Positions 44,974 to 59,818 of a stretch of 64,000 nucleotides of DNA are shown piece by piece. Where the stretch lies: the NCBI GenBank assembly GCA_964016885.1, contig OZ024745.1, positions 106,082,001 through 106,146,000 on the forward strand. The letters are read 5' to 3'. The notes under the pieces are model-generated. The model had not been told where the DNA came from. It saw only the letters and a program-made list of their open reading frames with translations, and searched no databases. A program made the position numbers and the translations under genes. The stretch comes from Eledone cirrhosa (taxonomy: Eukaryota). Every line of letters starts with the position of its first letter. The stretch's first letter is position 1.

Positions 44974-45443
44974 TTTATATCTCCAAAATTATGTTCAAAT
45001 AGTATGTGTAACGGCTTGTATGATTGTGAAAGCCATTACGGTTCTCACATTTCGTAAAGATGGCTGTTCATGTTAGTATAATTTGTAGAGAGTTGTATAT
45101 TTATATATATATTTGTGTGTATGTGACTTGTAAACTGTGTTCAAAATTCTACGTATCAACCACAAGATTTCCGTTATCTCTACACGTGCTGAATGCCGTG
45201 AAAGTCTTTACTGCGTGTGGACTTCTTAAAGATAGGTGTTAAATTTATATCTTCAAAATTATGTTCAAATAGTATGTGTAACGGCTTGTACGATTGTGAA
45301 AGCCATTACGGTTCTTACATTTCGTAAAGATGGCTGTTCATGTTTGTATAATTTGTAGAGAGTTTTATATATATATATATATGTGTGTATGTGACTTGTA
45401 AATTGTGTTAAAAATTCTACGTATCAGCCATTACGGTTCTCAC
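44974..45443. repeat. Local direct duplication, about 185 bp, period 270
   Basis: 44974-45157 versus 45244-45426. Confidence 0.8.
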
Positions 45444-48400
45444 TTCCCACCCACCTCTACCACATTCGGTATACATGCCTGACGCTGTATGATAACCACA
45501 CCTTCGTGAAGATATCGTAGAATAGACAAGGGGCGGAGGGAGACTCCGTAAGCCGCAATGTAGGCAACTCGTCTAGGAGAGCTACCACTCCGAATAAAGT
45601 GGTACGGGGTAGAGAAGTCCTCTAAGTTCAGTAAGACAACTTCCCTAGTGTTGGTGACACGAAAAAAAGCACTCAGTCCATGCTGTAAAAATGGAGAGGT
45701 GGTTAGGGCCCCTGAGTCCAGTAAGATGACCACTCTAGTGCTGGTGGCACGAATAAAAGCACCTAGTCTATGCTGTAAAATGGAGAGGTAGAGAGGGCCC
45801 CTGAGTCCAGTAAGACACCCTCTCAAATGCTGGTGGCACGCATAAAAGCACCCAGTCCATGTTGTAAAGTGGTGCTGGTGTTAGGAAGGGCATCCAACCA
45901 GTATAATAAATGCCAAAGTTATAAGCGCAACAAATAAAAATTGCAACAACTACGTCAACAGCAATAACACCATGTTAGGGTTGCGCACGGTAGTGGGGTG
46001 GCTGGTGAGGCCATGTGCGAGAACCCCCCGACCGTCATGAAGCAATCGCACTACAGGAACTGGTAAAGGAACAAGAATATGAAGACGTCGCATCTCAGAG
46101 TTGCAACACTTAATGTTGGTACTCTCACAGTTAGATCTGGTGAAATAGTGGAGATGTTGGAGAGAAGGCATGTGGATTGTTACTGTGTGTAAGAGGTGAG
46201 ATGGAGAGGTGCCTCTGCGAGACTAATCGCAGGCAAACATCTTACTTATAAGCTTTCCTGTGTGGGTAATGATGATGGGTTAGGGGGAGTAGGCATTTTC
46301 CTGGCTGAGAGATGGATCAATAAGACAATAGAGGTAGTTAGAGTTAGTAATAGAATAATTAAGCTTAGATTAGTTGTAGGCAACAGACTACTGCAATCAT
46401 CTCTGCCCATGCTCCCCAGGCAGGCCTAGGTAAAGATGAGAAAGACTGCTTTTACGAGCAACTTTTACAAACAGCTGCAATGACAAAGGACGGAGACATC
46501 GTTATGCTAGCAGAGGATTTCAATGGTCATGTTTGACAGCTCCAGGATGGTTACAGTGTGGTACATGGTGGGCACGGTTACTGCTCAAGAAATGAAGAAG
46601 GAGTGAGACTTCTTGAATTTTGTGATGCAAGTGCACTAACCATTTGCAACACTAACTTCCAGAAACCTGCCAAACACCTAATGACCTACAAATTAGGCGA
46701 GCACATAAGCCAGATTGACTTCTTCCTAGTTAGGCAGCGGGACAGACAGATGGTGTCAAATACCAAGGCATACCCCGGGAAAAAACTACCCCACAGCATA
46801 GGGTAGTCGTTAGTGATATCGCAGTAAGCAAGAGACGGAATGAGACATACAGGAAGGTGTGGAGAAGAAAGGTCTGGAAGTTAAAAGATCTTTCACTAAA
46901 ATACAAATTTAGGAAAGCCCTTCAAGATGTGCATGACGAAAAAGAAGACGATTTAGAGTTGTATGATATAGATGATAGCTGGAATTTCTTACGTGACAAT
47001 TTACTGCAGGCTACTGAAGAAACTTGTGGCTGGAGCAGAGCTCCAACCAGACAGAGAGTGACCTAGTGGTGGAACAGCACGGTAGATAGGGCCATTAGAG
47101 ATAAAAGACTAGCATGGAATGTTTGGAAAAATGGTTGGAGTGGAGAAAGATATACAACTGCTAAGAGAGAAGCTAGACGTCAGGTGTACTTAGCATGCAG
47201 GGAGGCTGAGAGTAGTATGTTTGCCAATGTTCTGCGACGGGATGATCAGAGACGTGCGGTGTTCCACATTGCAAGGAAGTGTGTCAGTGCAAATCAGGAT
47301 GTTGTTGGAGATAAAGGTGTCCGGAATGATGCTGGTTTACTTAGTATCACGAATGATCAGAAAAAGAAGGCCTGGAAATGTCATTATGAGAGACTGATGA
47401 ATGTGGAGAACGAATGGGAGAGAGAGAAATTACCTCCAGTAGATCCGGCAGAGGGACCAGCTATTGAGATTGACGAATATAGGGTCCAAGAGGCGATTAA
47501 GGAAATGAAAAATGGTAAGGCTGCTGGAGCGTCGGGGATAGTTGCTGAGATGCTGAATGCGTCAGGGGACGTAGGCACTAAACTGGTTGCACGCATCATC
47601 AATCAGACTATATATGGCGGTGCCATACCCAAAGACTGGTGCAGCAGTATTCTCATAAATTGCTACAAAGGTAAATTGCTCTAGAGAGGAGCAATTATAG
47701 GGGCATAGAACTGATGGATCTGGCCATGAAAGTGGCAGAAAGGATATTAGCGCAACTAATTAGAGAAAGGGTCAAAGTAGATGAGATGCAGTTCGGTTTT
47801 GTGCCTGGAAAAAGTACAACGGATGCCCTCTTCTTAGTGAGACAATTACAAGAGAGGTTCTTAGAGAAGAATAAGCCACTATACTTAGCTTTTGTTGACC
47901 TAGAGAGGGCCTTTGATAGGGTACCCCGATCTGTCATCTGGTGGTCCCTAAGGAAGCTGGGTGTTGAGGAATGGCTTGTGAGGACAGTGCAAGCTTTGTA
48001 CAGAAGCGCTGTCAGAAAAGTGAGGGAGGAATCGAGTTTAGTGAGGAATTCCAGATACAAGTAGGAGTACATCAGGATTCGGTCCTCAGCCCGCTCTTGT
48101 TCATTATAGTCCTCCAAGACATAACCGAGGAATTTAAGACTGGCTGTCCATGGGAACTTCACTATGCTGACGATCTGGTTCTTATAGCAGAATCAGTAGA
48201 AGAGCTGGAGAATAGATTCTGGCTATGGAAACAGCAGTTGGAATCAAGAGGACTGAGAGTGAACCTAGCTAAGACAAAAGTGTTGATGAGTAGAAAAGAG
48301 GACAAAACTCTGATTCCGTCAGGGAAATGGCCATATTCGATATGCAGAAAAGGAACTGGCATAAATTCTATAAAATGTACACAATGCAGATCTTGTGTAC

Positions 48401-49158
48401 ACAAGAGATGTAGTGGGATAGTAGGAAAACTAACAGGTAGGGAGAAATACGTATGCAGTAGATGTGCAGGGAAATTTGACAGTAGAAGTCGCATTGATAG
48501 ACACATTTTTCAAATGCAGGTGGGTGCTTTAGAAGTGGTTGATAGCTTCCGGTACCTAGGTGATCAGATTAGCATGGTAGAGGGGGGGGGGGTCCGAGGC
48601 CATAGTATCTAGAATAAGGACGGATTGGAAGAAGTTTAGGGATCTGCTTCCTCTGCTGACGAAGAAAGGTTTCTCCCTGCGTACGAAAGGCCGCTTATAT
48701 GATGCCTGGCTTAGGGGCGCGATGCTGCATGTTAGTGAGACATGGGCAGCAACTGCAGGGGTTATTCAACAGCTGGAGAGAAATGAGGCAAGCATGCTCC
48801 GTTGGATGTGCAATGTCAATGTGCGTGAACGGCCGTGCATGGATGTGTTGAGAGAGAAACTGTGTCTGAGAGGGATAAATTGTTGTGTGCGGGAGAGGAG
48901 ACTGCGATGGTATGCGCATGGAGGATGAATGATCGTTGGGTGAAGAAGTGCCAAGAAATGCCAGTTGAAGGAAGACGTAGTAGAGGAAGACCACGAAAAA
49001 CATGGGCGCAGGTGGTGAGAACAGACATCAGATCGCTGAAGCTCACGGTAGAGATGACAAAGCACGGTGACAAGTGGAGAGATGCTGTGCTGAATAGGAC
49101 CCTTCTCACCCTTGCAAGCAGGGAAAAGCGGACGTAAAATGATGATGATTATGATGAT
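45444..49158 (+). mobile_element. Near full-length RTE-clade LINE (APE + RT), frameshifted
   Basis: LRVATLNVGT, GVGIF, DFNGHV, SQIDFFL, QFGFVPGKSTTDA, AFVDLERAFDRV, YADDLVL, FRYLG, RLRWYAH, RGRPRKTW; (GAT)n tail; 5' end approximate. Confidence 0.92.
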
Positions 49159-50044
49159 TTTACTTTAACGCGCACTCATCGATTATTGCTTATAGCTATT
49201 TCCTTCAAATCACACAATTCCAGACCATTTTTCATATAAATCTTAGTCCTTATTTCTTCATAAGAGAAAAATATTTCTTTACAACTCTATTGGTAATATG
49301 TAAACCTATTACAGGCGAAGTTGCGATGCAAGTTCTTATAACAATTAAAACTATATTTTAAATGCGATGCTTGCAACAAGTAGCGTTCACACATATTTCC
49401 TTTTCGTTTCCTCCAAAATATAGGACATTTATGCATCCTGAAATGTAAGCTATACTTGCTATATGCTGGCAAGTGAGACGATTTCGATTCTATGTTGCAG
49501 CAATGTATTATACGTTTTTAATTTAGTTACAATGATAACAATATCGCATATAATCTTATTTCTCAGTTTGCATAAAACTAGGACATTTATTATTATATAT
49601 AAAAAACGAAATCAATACATATTTTTCAAGTCGGTAATACTACTTCATATTTACTTTAATCCATCGAATAACTGACTTTAAATTAGCTTATTTCTTATTC
49701 TATACATAACTTTCTTACATTCTGTCTTTCTATGTTTTGCTCTCTTCTAGGTGCAGGGGAGGATTTTATTTTAAATCCGTTGCCATCGATTTCTCATCTC
49801 CTTAGCAATCCCCTCAACAATTGTCTTGCCAATCCTCCTCAAGTGAAATAAACAGCATTCTTATTCTAAGTCGGATTGATATCACTCTCTACCTTTTCCC
49901 ATTTCATATTGCGTTTAAACACAGAGAAGACAAGTAGATACATACACAGGTACACATTCAGTGTTGTGAAGCATCCCCTACACTAATAACAACGTGTAAC
50001 ATATGCCACCAAGAATAATCCGAAGAAATCAATACACACACACA

Positions 50045-50134
<90 letters not shown>

Positions 50135-50377
50135 GACCAAACCTTATTCATGCACACACACATGTGTGTATGTGTATAGTACAAATAGTGTGGCGAATGT
50201 ACCATATCAAAGCAAATGTACGGTGGTAAAGCAAAAGTTTTGATTCCTTATGTATTAGACTTTCGAGCACAACTAAACTGATAAACAGATTTATATTTTA
50301 CGTCATGTATAGAAATTGAATTACCATGAATTACCATGAATAACATTTGTATAATATACACAAACATACAGATACAC

Positions 50378-50459
<82 letters not shown>

Positions 50460-50794
50460 CAACACAGTTGCCTGATACCAAAGGTTTCAGAGCCTACTCA
50501 TGCATAGGTCATAGAAAGGCTATATCCTCTAGTATTGCTTATTTGCCCGGCAAACAGCATCGCTAGGAAAGCGAAAATCTTTTCTGTATTTCAGCTGCTT
50601 GTCACCCACTTTGCGGATTGTCTCTCTGTTGACCACTGGCCGCTGGTCTCTGTTTTCCCAGGCATTTTTGGTGATTGCTGTCTATGACAGCATTTGGCTG
50701 TTTTAACGGTTGTTCTGGCGATGAGGTTTCTCATTTTCATATGTATTCAAATACACGCTTGCGTCGTCTCAAATGGGGACGACATGGATTTTTT

Positions 50795-50879
<85 letters not shown>

Positions 50880-51040
50880 AGTTCCACAAAAAAATCAACA
50901 AACCATCTCGTGTTGAATAAATCTTTGGAGAAACCACGCCTTCTGAAGTTTGGTTTGTTAATTTGTTGTGGTACAAACTCTATACCGAACTTTAGACTTA
51001 ATGTTCTACCAGATTAGATATAACATCCTGTTTTGTTCAC

Positions 51041-51123
<83 letters not shown>

Positions 51124-51135
51124 TGATTTATATAT

Positions 51136-51701
51136 ATATATCCAAAATTAAGATAATCAAAATTATGGATATAGATATATAAATACGGCTCCTTAATTGT
51201 AGAGCTAACTCTGTTGAAAGGATTTGACTGCTCTTTCTAGTTGTCGATAACCCTATTCACGCCACTGTGACGAAGCTGGTATGATGTGTGTATTTCTAGT
51301 AGATACAGCACGTGTTGCTGGCCAGTCGCTGATTTGAACTTGAAGTGTAAACATAGATCGCTGGACTTCTTCCTTGTTGAAAATCCAAGTACCGGCCTCC
51401 ATGGTTTACCATTCGATTAATTGGTGAAATATATTTCTTTAATGGAATATATACAGGGAAGATTAATCATATTATAATGTATCTATTTTTGAAGTTCTGG
51501 TTAACTTTATTTAGTTACCTACCTAGCTATGTGTGCTTACACACTTGTAAAAATTATCTCCTGTGATTATTCATGTTTATTTATATGTTAATCAATTTCT
51601 AGTTATAAAATGGTCGTTAGAATCTTAGAGCTTATTTTGCGAGTGATATTGCGCATGTCTTTCTGGCATGACACCCATAATTTTGATTATCTTCATTTTG
51701 G

Positions 51702-51706
<5 letters not shown>
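51136..51706. repeat. Insert with about 32-bp terminal inverted repeats in (TA)n
   Basis: TCCAAAATTAAGATAATCAAAATTATGG / CCATAATTTTGATTATCTTCATTTTGGA; decayed HHR-like motif at about 51265-51327. Confidence 0.7.
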
Positions 51707-51784
<78 letters not shown>

Positions 51785-53508
51785 ATTGTGAAAAGTAAAC
51801 AAAACAACAAAGCAATCAAAACAATTCAAAGAAGAAATATATTAGTGGTTTGATGTGCCAATGACAATAGACGTGTTGTGCTTCATTCTGTTGGTATTTT
51901 CGTTGTTATTGCTACTGATGTTTATATTTCTAGCCCTCTTTATTGCAATCGTCGAAACACTGCTGTGGCCCTCTCTCCGTTATCGGTGGATGTGTCATCT
52001 GTTGAAGATATGAAAGTTATGTCACTACTTATCCAGTGACTTCGTCGCCGTCTCCATCTTCAACTAATCGATAACTATATATAAATTTTGACTTATTCCA
52101 GGCTAAAAAAAAAACAATTCGTAATCTAGCAAAAGAAGACTTTGATACAAATAAAAAAGTTACTAAACTGATATATGTAGTGGGGGAGAGTCAAGGAGGA
52201 TAAAACTCTTTAAATCTCTCCCAGAGTACTGGTGTTGGTTTATTACTGAAGCCAGCAAAATCAATGTAGAACACGTAACCGCCTTCATATTGTCGTTTTA
52301 GTCCTCTGTTGTCTCTGAACTTTCAACCAATCACACACTTGAAAGTTTACAATCATTATAATTTAAAAGAAATCTGTAATGTATGCATTCTGTTAACACT
52401 GTTAACGCATCATTACATAAAGTGACGCATATAAACTTTACATTTCAAACTCAAGATAATATAACTAAGGCGTTTTTGTTTTGCAGCGTTCTCGCAACAT
52501 GCTTATCTAGTTCTCTCCCTTTCTCTCTCTCGCTCTCTCTCGCTCGCTCTCCCTCTCGCTCTCTCTCTCTATATATATATACATATATCTCATATGTATG
52601 TATTATGTCTGTATGTATTATGTATGTATGTATGTATGTATGTATGATGACCCCTTAGCCTTTGTCAAGGCAGAATTCTAGGAGAAGGAAAACTCTGATA
52701 TAACACCTGCAACCCTGATGGTATCCAATGATGTTGACTTGTTCTTCTTTTTGGTAAATATCATCTTGGTTAAGAGAGTGGGACTGGCTTTGTGCAGTGC
52801 CTTTGCTCACTATAAAAGCTTCACGGCACAGGCATTGTTTTATATCTGGAGATCTCTCTGCACTTGTCGTCACATGGTACTATGGGCCCAGCACTATGTG
52901 TCAATAATTGTCACAAGTGTAGTGTTTGTACCAGAGTTTTCAAGTCGCTGGCTGGACTAAAAAGTCACACTCGTTCAGCGCATCGTTAGGGGTTCTCCTA
53001 CATGGATATAAAGTAGTGGCCGCACTCGAAAACGAGTTGGCAGCCACCATGTATGTATGTATATCACTCTTCAACATTTCTAATGCGCGCGAAAGTAGAA
53101 TCTGTCTTAAAATGTCGGTCAGACATATCTAATAATTCTCCGCCAATCGTTTAAATGTCAACCGTCCAGCGGATTATTGCTTTACCTGAAATCTACTTTT
53201 AGATAATCCTGCCTGAGCTTAGAAAGATTTAAACAGTCACGAGATCGACCAAATTGAATTCATAATGTTACTTAACAAACTATATTGTGCATATCTTTTC
53301 AGATTTCAATGCCGAACAACAATCATACTATGTTATTCTGAGATCTGAAGGCCAAACGTTAGAACCATATTTATACACAACCAGTTCAAAAACCACAACA
53401 ATAACAATACGAATCTATGTATAGAGTCTTCAAGTTTGACCTCATAAAGATTGCGAAATATTTCTAGATACACGTAATATTGTCATGACGATTGGATACA
53501 TTGTATAA

Positions 53509-54348
53509 TCTACTTATATATATAACCAGCAATTTCTCTGTCTGTCTGTCCGACAGTGGAAACACGTGCGTAGAGAGAGAGTGAGACTGAAAGAAAGAGA
53601 CAGACTACGAGAGGGGGATAGCGGGAGGGAGAGAGGAAGAGAGAGAGAGTGAATAGACGCTAAAACGCGTGCTACAGAAACATTACCTTTCCCTCTCCAC
53701 TAACTTTGGTCACTGAGGCCGAGGGAGTCGCGCTGAGCGCGTCATAATGACGTAATGCAGACAGCCAGACATACAGACAGATATTATAAGGGCGCAACGT
53801 TATATCTATGTATCTATCTAAAAAGAAAGACTAAGAATTATATAGAGAGAACGCTAAATCGCCTAATGCGGTCCCTAGGGCATCGAAAATCTGCGTTTTT
53901 TCAGGTTTTTAGGGGGTTTTTTGAGGCGTTTCCTCAGACCGATTTCCTTGAAATTGTAACTATGTATTAGTCAGTATATTCTACATACCGTGATTAAAGA
54001 AAATCCAACTTTTTTATGGCATAGGGCCCGCATTAGGTGAAAAACTTCATTTTTTCAGCTTTTTAGGGCATTTTTGAGGCGTTACGTTTAGCCAATTTTC
54101 CCGAAATTTCAAGGCATATTTTGCACATAAAAAAATTCATTTTCTTGATCCCCTAGGGCCCGCATTAGGTGAAAACCTGCATTTTTCCTGCTTCATCGAG
54201 GAAAATCTTAAAGATTATCCAGCCATCAGAGTATTCGGTTTATTTTCTTTACATATTGTCCAGGCATGCAGTTCTTTCACAATTAGGTGTGTTAGCGGAC
54301 GGCGTTCCAAAATACCTTATCCCGTGCAACGCCGGGTACCACTACTAG
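53509..54348 (+). mobile_element. Non-autonomous Helitron
   Basis: Starts A|TC, ends CCCGTGCAACGCCGGG hairpin-N8-CTAG|T, no target-site duplication. Confidence 0.8.
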
Positions 54349-54474
54349 TGTAGTACTAGATAGCATTACAGAACAAAAGGCGTTTATGGCTGATGAAATT
54401 AGAATATCTGTATGGAACTATATGTGTTTATATTTGTGTATGCATTATTGAACGTATATATGTATGCATGTGCA

Positions 54475-54529
<55 letters not shown>

Positions 54530-54545
54530 TATATACTATATACAT

Positions 54546-54856
54546 AGGTTGAAAAACTCAGAGCTGTATGGGAGTATCCCAAAAGTCAGCTCAAAAGTGA
54601 CAAGAGGAGACTGAGGTTAGCTGGACATGCTCACCGACATCCAGAGTTGACATTGCACTCAGTACACCTTTGGGAGCCCCTACATGGACACACTACAAGA
54701 GGAAGACCAAGGTTAACGTATGTTGATGCCCTAAGGACAGACACTGGTCTGTTGGAGATGCAGGACATGGCAGCGATAATGAGGGACAGAGACCGCTGGA
54801 GAGAACTCGTCCACGGATCTCGGGAATTTTACCCGCCTAAGATAGATAGATAGATA
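54546..54856 (+). mobile_element. RTE-clade LINE 3' end
   Basis: NSELYG..RLRLAGH..RGRPRLTY..DRDRWRELV; (GATA)n tail. Confidence 0.85.
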
Positions 54857-54896
54857 TAGTATATATATATATATATATTGTATATATATATATAGT

Positions 54897-54947
<51 letters not shown>

Positions 54948-54990
54948 TAAAAAACGAAACTTCAGTGATGCATCTGGATTCAGTTTATTG

Positions 54991-55081
54991 CGTGTTACAA
55001 TTGTTTCGCCGGCCGGTAGCTCGAGACATAATCACTGTATTGATCTGGCTGATTCTACGGCTGCAGGTTCCTTCGGACACG
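54991..55081 (-). ncRNA. Degenerate type I HHR with long stem II
   Basis: CGTGT-CCGAAGG..GCCGTAG/CTACCGGC..GAAA-CAATTG-TA-ACACG, then AATAAA. Confidence 0.55.
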
Positions 55082-55110
55082 GGCAGTTCGTTCGGAGCAA
55101 ATTTTCTCTT

Positions 55111-55171
<61 letters not shown>

Positions 55172-56316
55172 TAATTTTTTGCAAAGTCTATACAAATCCA
55201 CATTTCTACTCCGATTGACTTCACACTTGCATTTATATCCTTGCGGTCTAAAGATATTAACAGCAGCTTTTATTTTTCAACGTTCTGTTGTTAAAGTGGT
55301 GTTAGGCGCCGGTTATCGATCTCTCTGTAATTCTTAGTCTGTCTTTTTAGATAGATACATAGCTATAACGTCGCGCCGTTATAATATCTGTCTGCGTTAC
55401 AACATTATGACAAACATTGTTCTCATTGATGACGTATATATCTTCGCTATTTCCCGTTCATTGCCAGGGAACGTCTTCACGAACAAAAGTATCGTCTTCC
55501 GGTTTTCCTTCAGTTACAACATTTTTCGAAATATTTACTTCTGCGTTCACAGATTTATTTCTTTAGTTTCAGAAGATCCTGTTAAAGATGAAAGCACACG
55601 TTGTAAGCAATGTCAATGTTATTGCTGCTACATAGGACTCCGATTACCATGCCAATAAACATTACATGCCAATAAACATTGACCCTTTGTGCGCCATTCA
55701 TCTAACTGTAGACCAACAAATACCAACTAAACGGAGCGTTGACAAGAACGTTGGCGAATGAATCTTCGAGGTAAGCAGTTTCCTCGCGAGCTATTAGTTC
55801 ACGCGGGATTTTTTAATAATACCGAACAACGTACAGCTGGTCACTCCTTCCTCCAAAAGCCGTACAGAGCGGACATATGCATCGGGCAGATGGATCGGGT
55901 GCACATCTACACCAGGCCTACGCGAGAAATTCGCAAGGCTCTGCACCGAGAGGGATAGAGAGAAAGAGTAACTTAGTGGAAAGAGTGCGAATGAACTTTT
56001 GAAGGTAAGTAGCCTACGCCTTACTGCTATGACACTGGAACCTTCTGCCAACTTAACCTGTGACTTTCTCTTTCACATTTAGTCCAATATACCAAAACAA
56101 AGTGGAAACGCCGGGGGACAACTGTCACAGAAGGAATATGAAAAGAAGGGGCTCAATAATATTTCTATGAACAATGCACGTTGACAGCTAAACTGTACTT
56201 TCAACTTCTTAATTTTCTCCAAATAAAACAAGTTACCTGTCGGTATATTTTCGTGAGTTTTTAACAGGCACTCACAAATAAATGTTTCTCATTAGCGGTG
56301 TTATTACCAATGTTCT

Positions 56317-56448
<132 letters not shown>

Positions 56449-56780
56449 TCAATCAAATTTACAACACAGCTGGATTTTCATGATGTATTTCATATTTTCA
56501 TATTTTCACAAGTAATATTATATATTCTGTGACATTATTCAAGTGATCATATATTGACATCACCAAGTTACGTGTAATGTAACGAGGTCAACATTCTACA
56601 GAAAGCTGTCCCAGAAGACATTTAAAGTAATTGCGAAAATATTAAATAAAGTGTGAAAAAGTAGGTGTATAGAATGTGAACATTTCTACAAAGTCTAAAC
56701 TACGTCACACAAACACACACGAAAGCACACCCATTCACATTCTTTCTCTCTCTCACACACACATATATATATACATATAA

Positions 56781-56874
<94 letters not shown>

Positions 56875-56913
56875 GATATTAACAAATGGAAATTATATTT
56901 ATAAAACCATATC

Positions 56914-56978
56914 TATTTTATTATACATATTTCAAGGATACCGTGTTAAATTATGGTATGCTTTCATCAGACAAAATA
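56914..56978 (-). ncRNA. Type I HHR (family A)
   Basis: TATTTTGT-CTGATGA-AAG..ATACC/GGTAT..CTT-GAAA-TATGTATA-ATAAAATA. Confidence 0.75.
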
Positions 56979-57158
56979 CAATATATACCAGTTTTATAAA
57001 TAAATATTGACATACCCTTTCAAAATGCAACCGTTACTTTTGGAAGACCTTTTGTGTATATATGTATATATATATATTTATGTATATATATATATATATA
57101 TATACATTCAGAGACCAACCAGATGTGAAAAAAACCACAGACCCTCCATCTCAACTCA

Positions 57159-57196
57159 CCTTTTGAAAAGCAGAAGAACTGCGAAACCGGTAAAGG
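57159..57196 (+). ncRNA. Type I HHR, U3-A8 variant (PLE5-type 3' end, 57110-57335)
   Basis: CCTT-TTGAAAA-GCAG AAGAA CTGC-GAAA-CCGG-TA-AAGG. Confidence 0.7.
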
Positions 57197-57327
57197 AACC
57201 AAATAAATATATATATTTTAAAAAAAAATAAGACTCCAGTTGCATTTTCGATTTCATCTCTTTTTCTTTATACTTTCACTCGTGTAGGACACCTCGGTTA
57301 TTTTTCGATTTGTAAAACAACCCTCAC

Positions 57328-57370
<43 letters not shown>

Positions 57371-57374
<4 letters not shown>

Positions 57375-57574
57375 AACCAGTAAGACCCCGACAGCTGAGC
57401 TCAAGCCGTTTCGACGGCTAATTCTAAACTCAGAAGTTCAGAATTAGCCGTCGAAACGGCTTGAGCTCAGCTGTCTGGGTCTTACTGGTTCCTATTACCC
57501 ACTCTACTACCTCAAGTATTGAGTACTTTGGTGCGTTATGGTCCACCTGGTTCCTTACCACATTTCCTCTGTTA
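57371..57574. repeat. Family B fold-back insert
   Basis: Palindrome 57371-57494 plus a 3' tail. Confidence 0.9.
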
Positions 57575-57624
57575 TATATATATATATATATTTATGTATA
57601 TATATATATATATATGGATATACA

Positions 57625-59728
57625 CAAATATACATCTTTGTCGATACTTGCCGGCGTACTGTGAATCGGTTCCGTTTTTACCAGCATTCTCGTCGCACTA
57701 ACATCACGCGAACTAGGCTCTCCGCTCTTCGCAACCTTTGGCGTCGCGATGACATTGTCATCAAACCCGCTGACAAAGGTGGCGCTGTGGTGGTTTGGAG
57801 CGCTGAACTCTATAGGGCTGAGGCTGTTCTCCAGCTTCACAATACTCTTTTTTACCGCCCTTTATCCTCGGACCCCACACCTGGCTACCAGCAACTCGTG
57901 TCCTCCTCCATCCACGAGCTCATCTCCTCCTCTCACCTACCCCCACAGCCACCAACCTTATTGTACGCACCCCTTGCACACCCACCATCTACTTCCTCCC
58001 CAAAATACACAAACAAAATAATCCTGGCCATCCTATCGTTTCTGCACGCAACAACGCCACCGAGATAATTTCTGAATATTTAGACACCATCCTCGCCCCC
58101 TTGGTCAGCAATCCCCCCCCCCACACACACACACACACATCCACGATACAAATCACGCCTTTAAACTCTTCAATTCTTTCTCCTTCCCTCCTGGTCCCTC
58201 CCGCCTTCTCTTTACCCTGGACATCACTTCTCTATATACCGTCATCCCTCATGATAACGGCCTCCGCGCTCTCCAGCATTTTTTAGATTAACGCCCTACC
58301 CTTTACCCCAGCACTACCACTCTTCTCCGTCTGGCTGAGCGTGTTCTCGCCCTTAATGGATTTTCTTTTTCGGGTGAATTTTACCAGCGGGTCTCTGGGG
58401 TAGCGATGGGAACCAGAATGGGTCCAAACTATGCCAACTTGTTTGTTGGATACGTCGAAGCCCAGATCTTCTCCCTGTACTGCTGAGCTATACAGTCGTT
58501 ATATCGACGACTGTAACGGCGCCACCTCTCTATCACGAGAACAGCTCGACAGTTTTCTTTCTTTTGTCCATCCTGCTCTCAATTTCACCGCTTCCGTCTC
58601 CGATTCTTCTATCGATTTTCTAGATATCTCTCTATCTATTAATCACTCTCACCACACCCTCTCTACTTCCATCTTCATTAAACCAACAGACTCCCAACTT
58701 TATCTCGACTTCACCTCCTCCCATCCAACCCACACCAAACACTCCATACCCTATTCCCAATTGCTCCGTCTTCATCGACTCTGTAGTCAGGACGACGATT
58801 TCGAAATTCATTCCCTTCGTAGGCCTTCCTGCTTCATCCAGCGTGGATATCCCCCCCACCTTGATCCAAGCTGCACGGCCCTCTCACCTCACCCCTCCCC
58901 TCCCAACACCCGTGTTCGTTTCCCTCTCACCTACCACCTCATCACCCTACGACTCCGGCGACATATCCTCCGTTCCTTCCGTATTCTCTCTTCTGACCCC
59001 GTCACTTCTCGCTTTTATCCAAACCCACCCATTACTGCTTTTAAGCGCGCCCGCAACCTCCGTGACCTCCTGGTTCGCAGTTCCTTTTCGTCCTCTCCCA
59101 CGACTCCACCCGGCTCTCATCCTTGTTCCCGTTCCCGCTGAAACACTTGTCCCTTTATTTCCACCTTCACCACTCTTACAGGCCCTAACGGGTCTTTCCG
59201 TATCCGCCATTCCTTCACCTACACATCCATCCACGTTGTCTATGCCCTCCGGTGTTCCCTTTGCGGGTCTTTATATATCTGACTAACGGGACGCCGTATG
59301 GCGGACCGTTTTGCCGAGCATTTGATGGACATACGACTCGGTTTGGATACTCCTGTCGCCCGTCATTTCTGTTCTTCTGGTCATTCTTCCCTACATGTTT
59401 CAGTCCTGGGGCTCTTTTTACATCATGGATCACAGGCCTCGCGCACCAGGACTGAACAAAGTCTGATTCACCGCCTTGGGTCCTATTCCTCTCTTGGACT
59501 CAACTCACCTCCACAATTTCTCTAATATCCCGTCCATTATCACACACCTAGATTCCTATCGCTTTCTCTTGATGATTAGCAGCTTCTCTTACAACTAATA
59601 CATGCCGATACACACCCTTATATTAACATACTTTTGCTCATAGGTTCGTACTTACATGCAGACACACTCTTTTACTCACATATACACACACATTTCTTCT
59701 TAGCTTCGTACGGACCTATAATAACACA

Positions 59729-59818
<90 letters not shown>

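Noticed and set aside
49715-49800. Polypyrimidine tract + AG as a host exon acceptor
   Set aside because: No recognisable coding frame or paired donor.
52655-53050. Possible decayed non-LTR element pieces (also 43700-43970)
   Set aside because: Only vague resemblance; no firm motifs.
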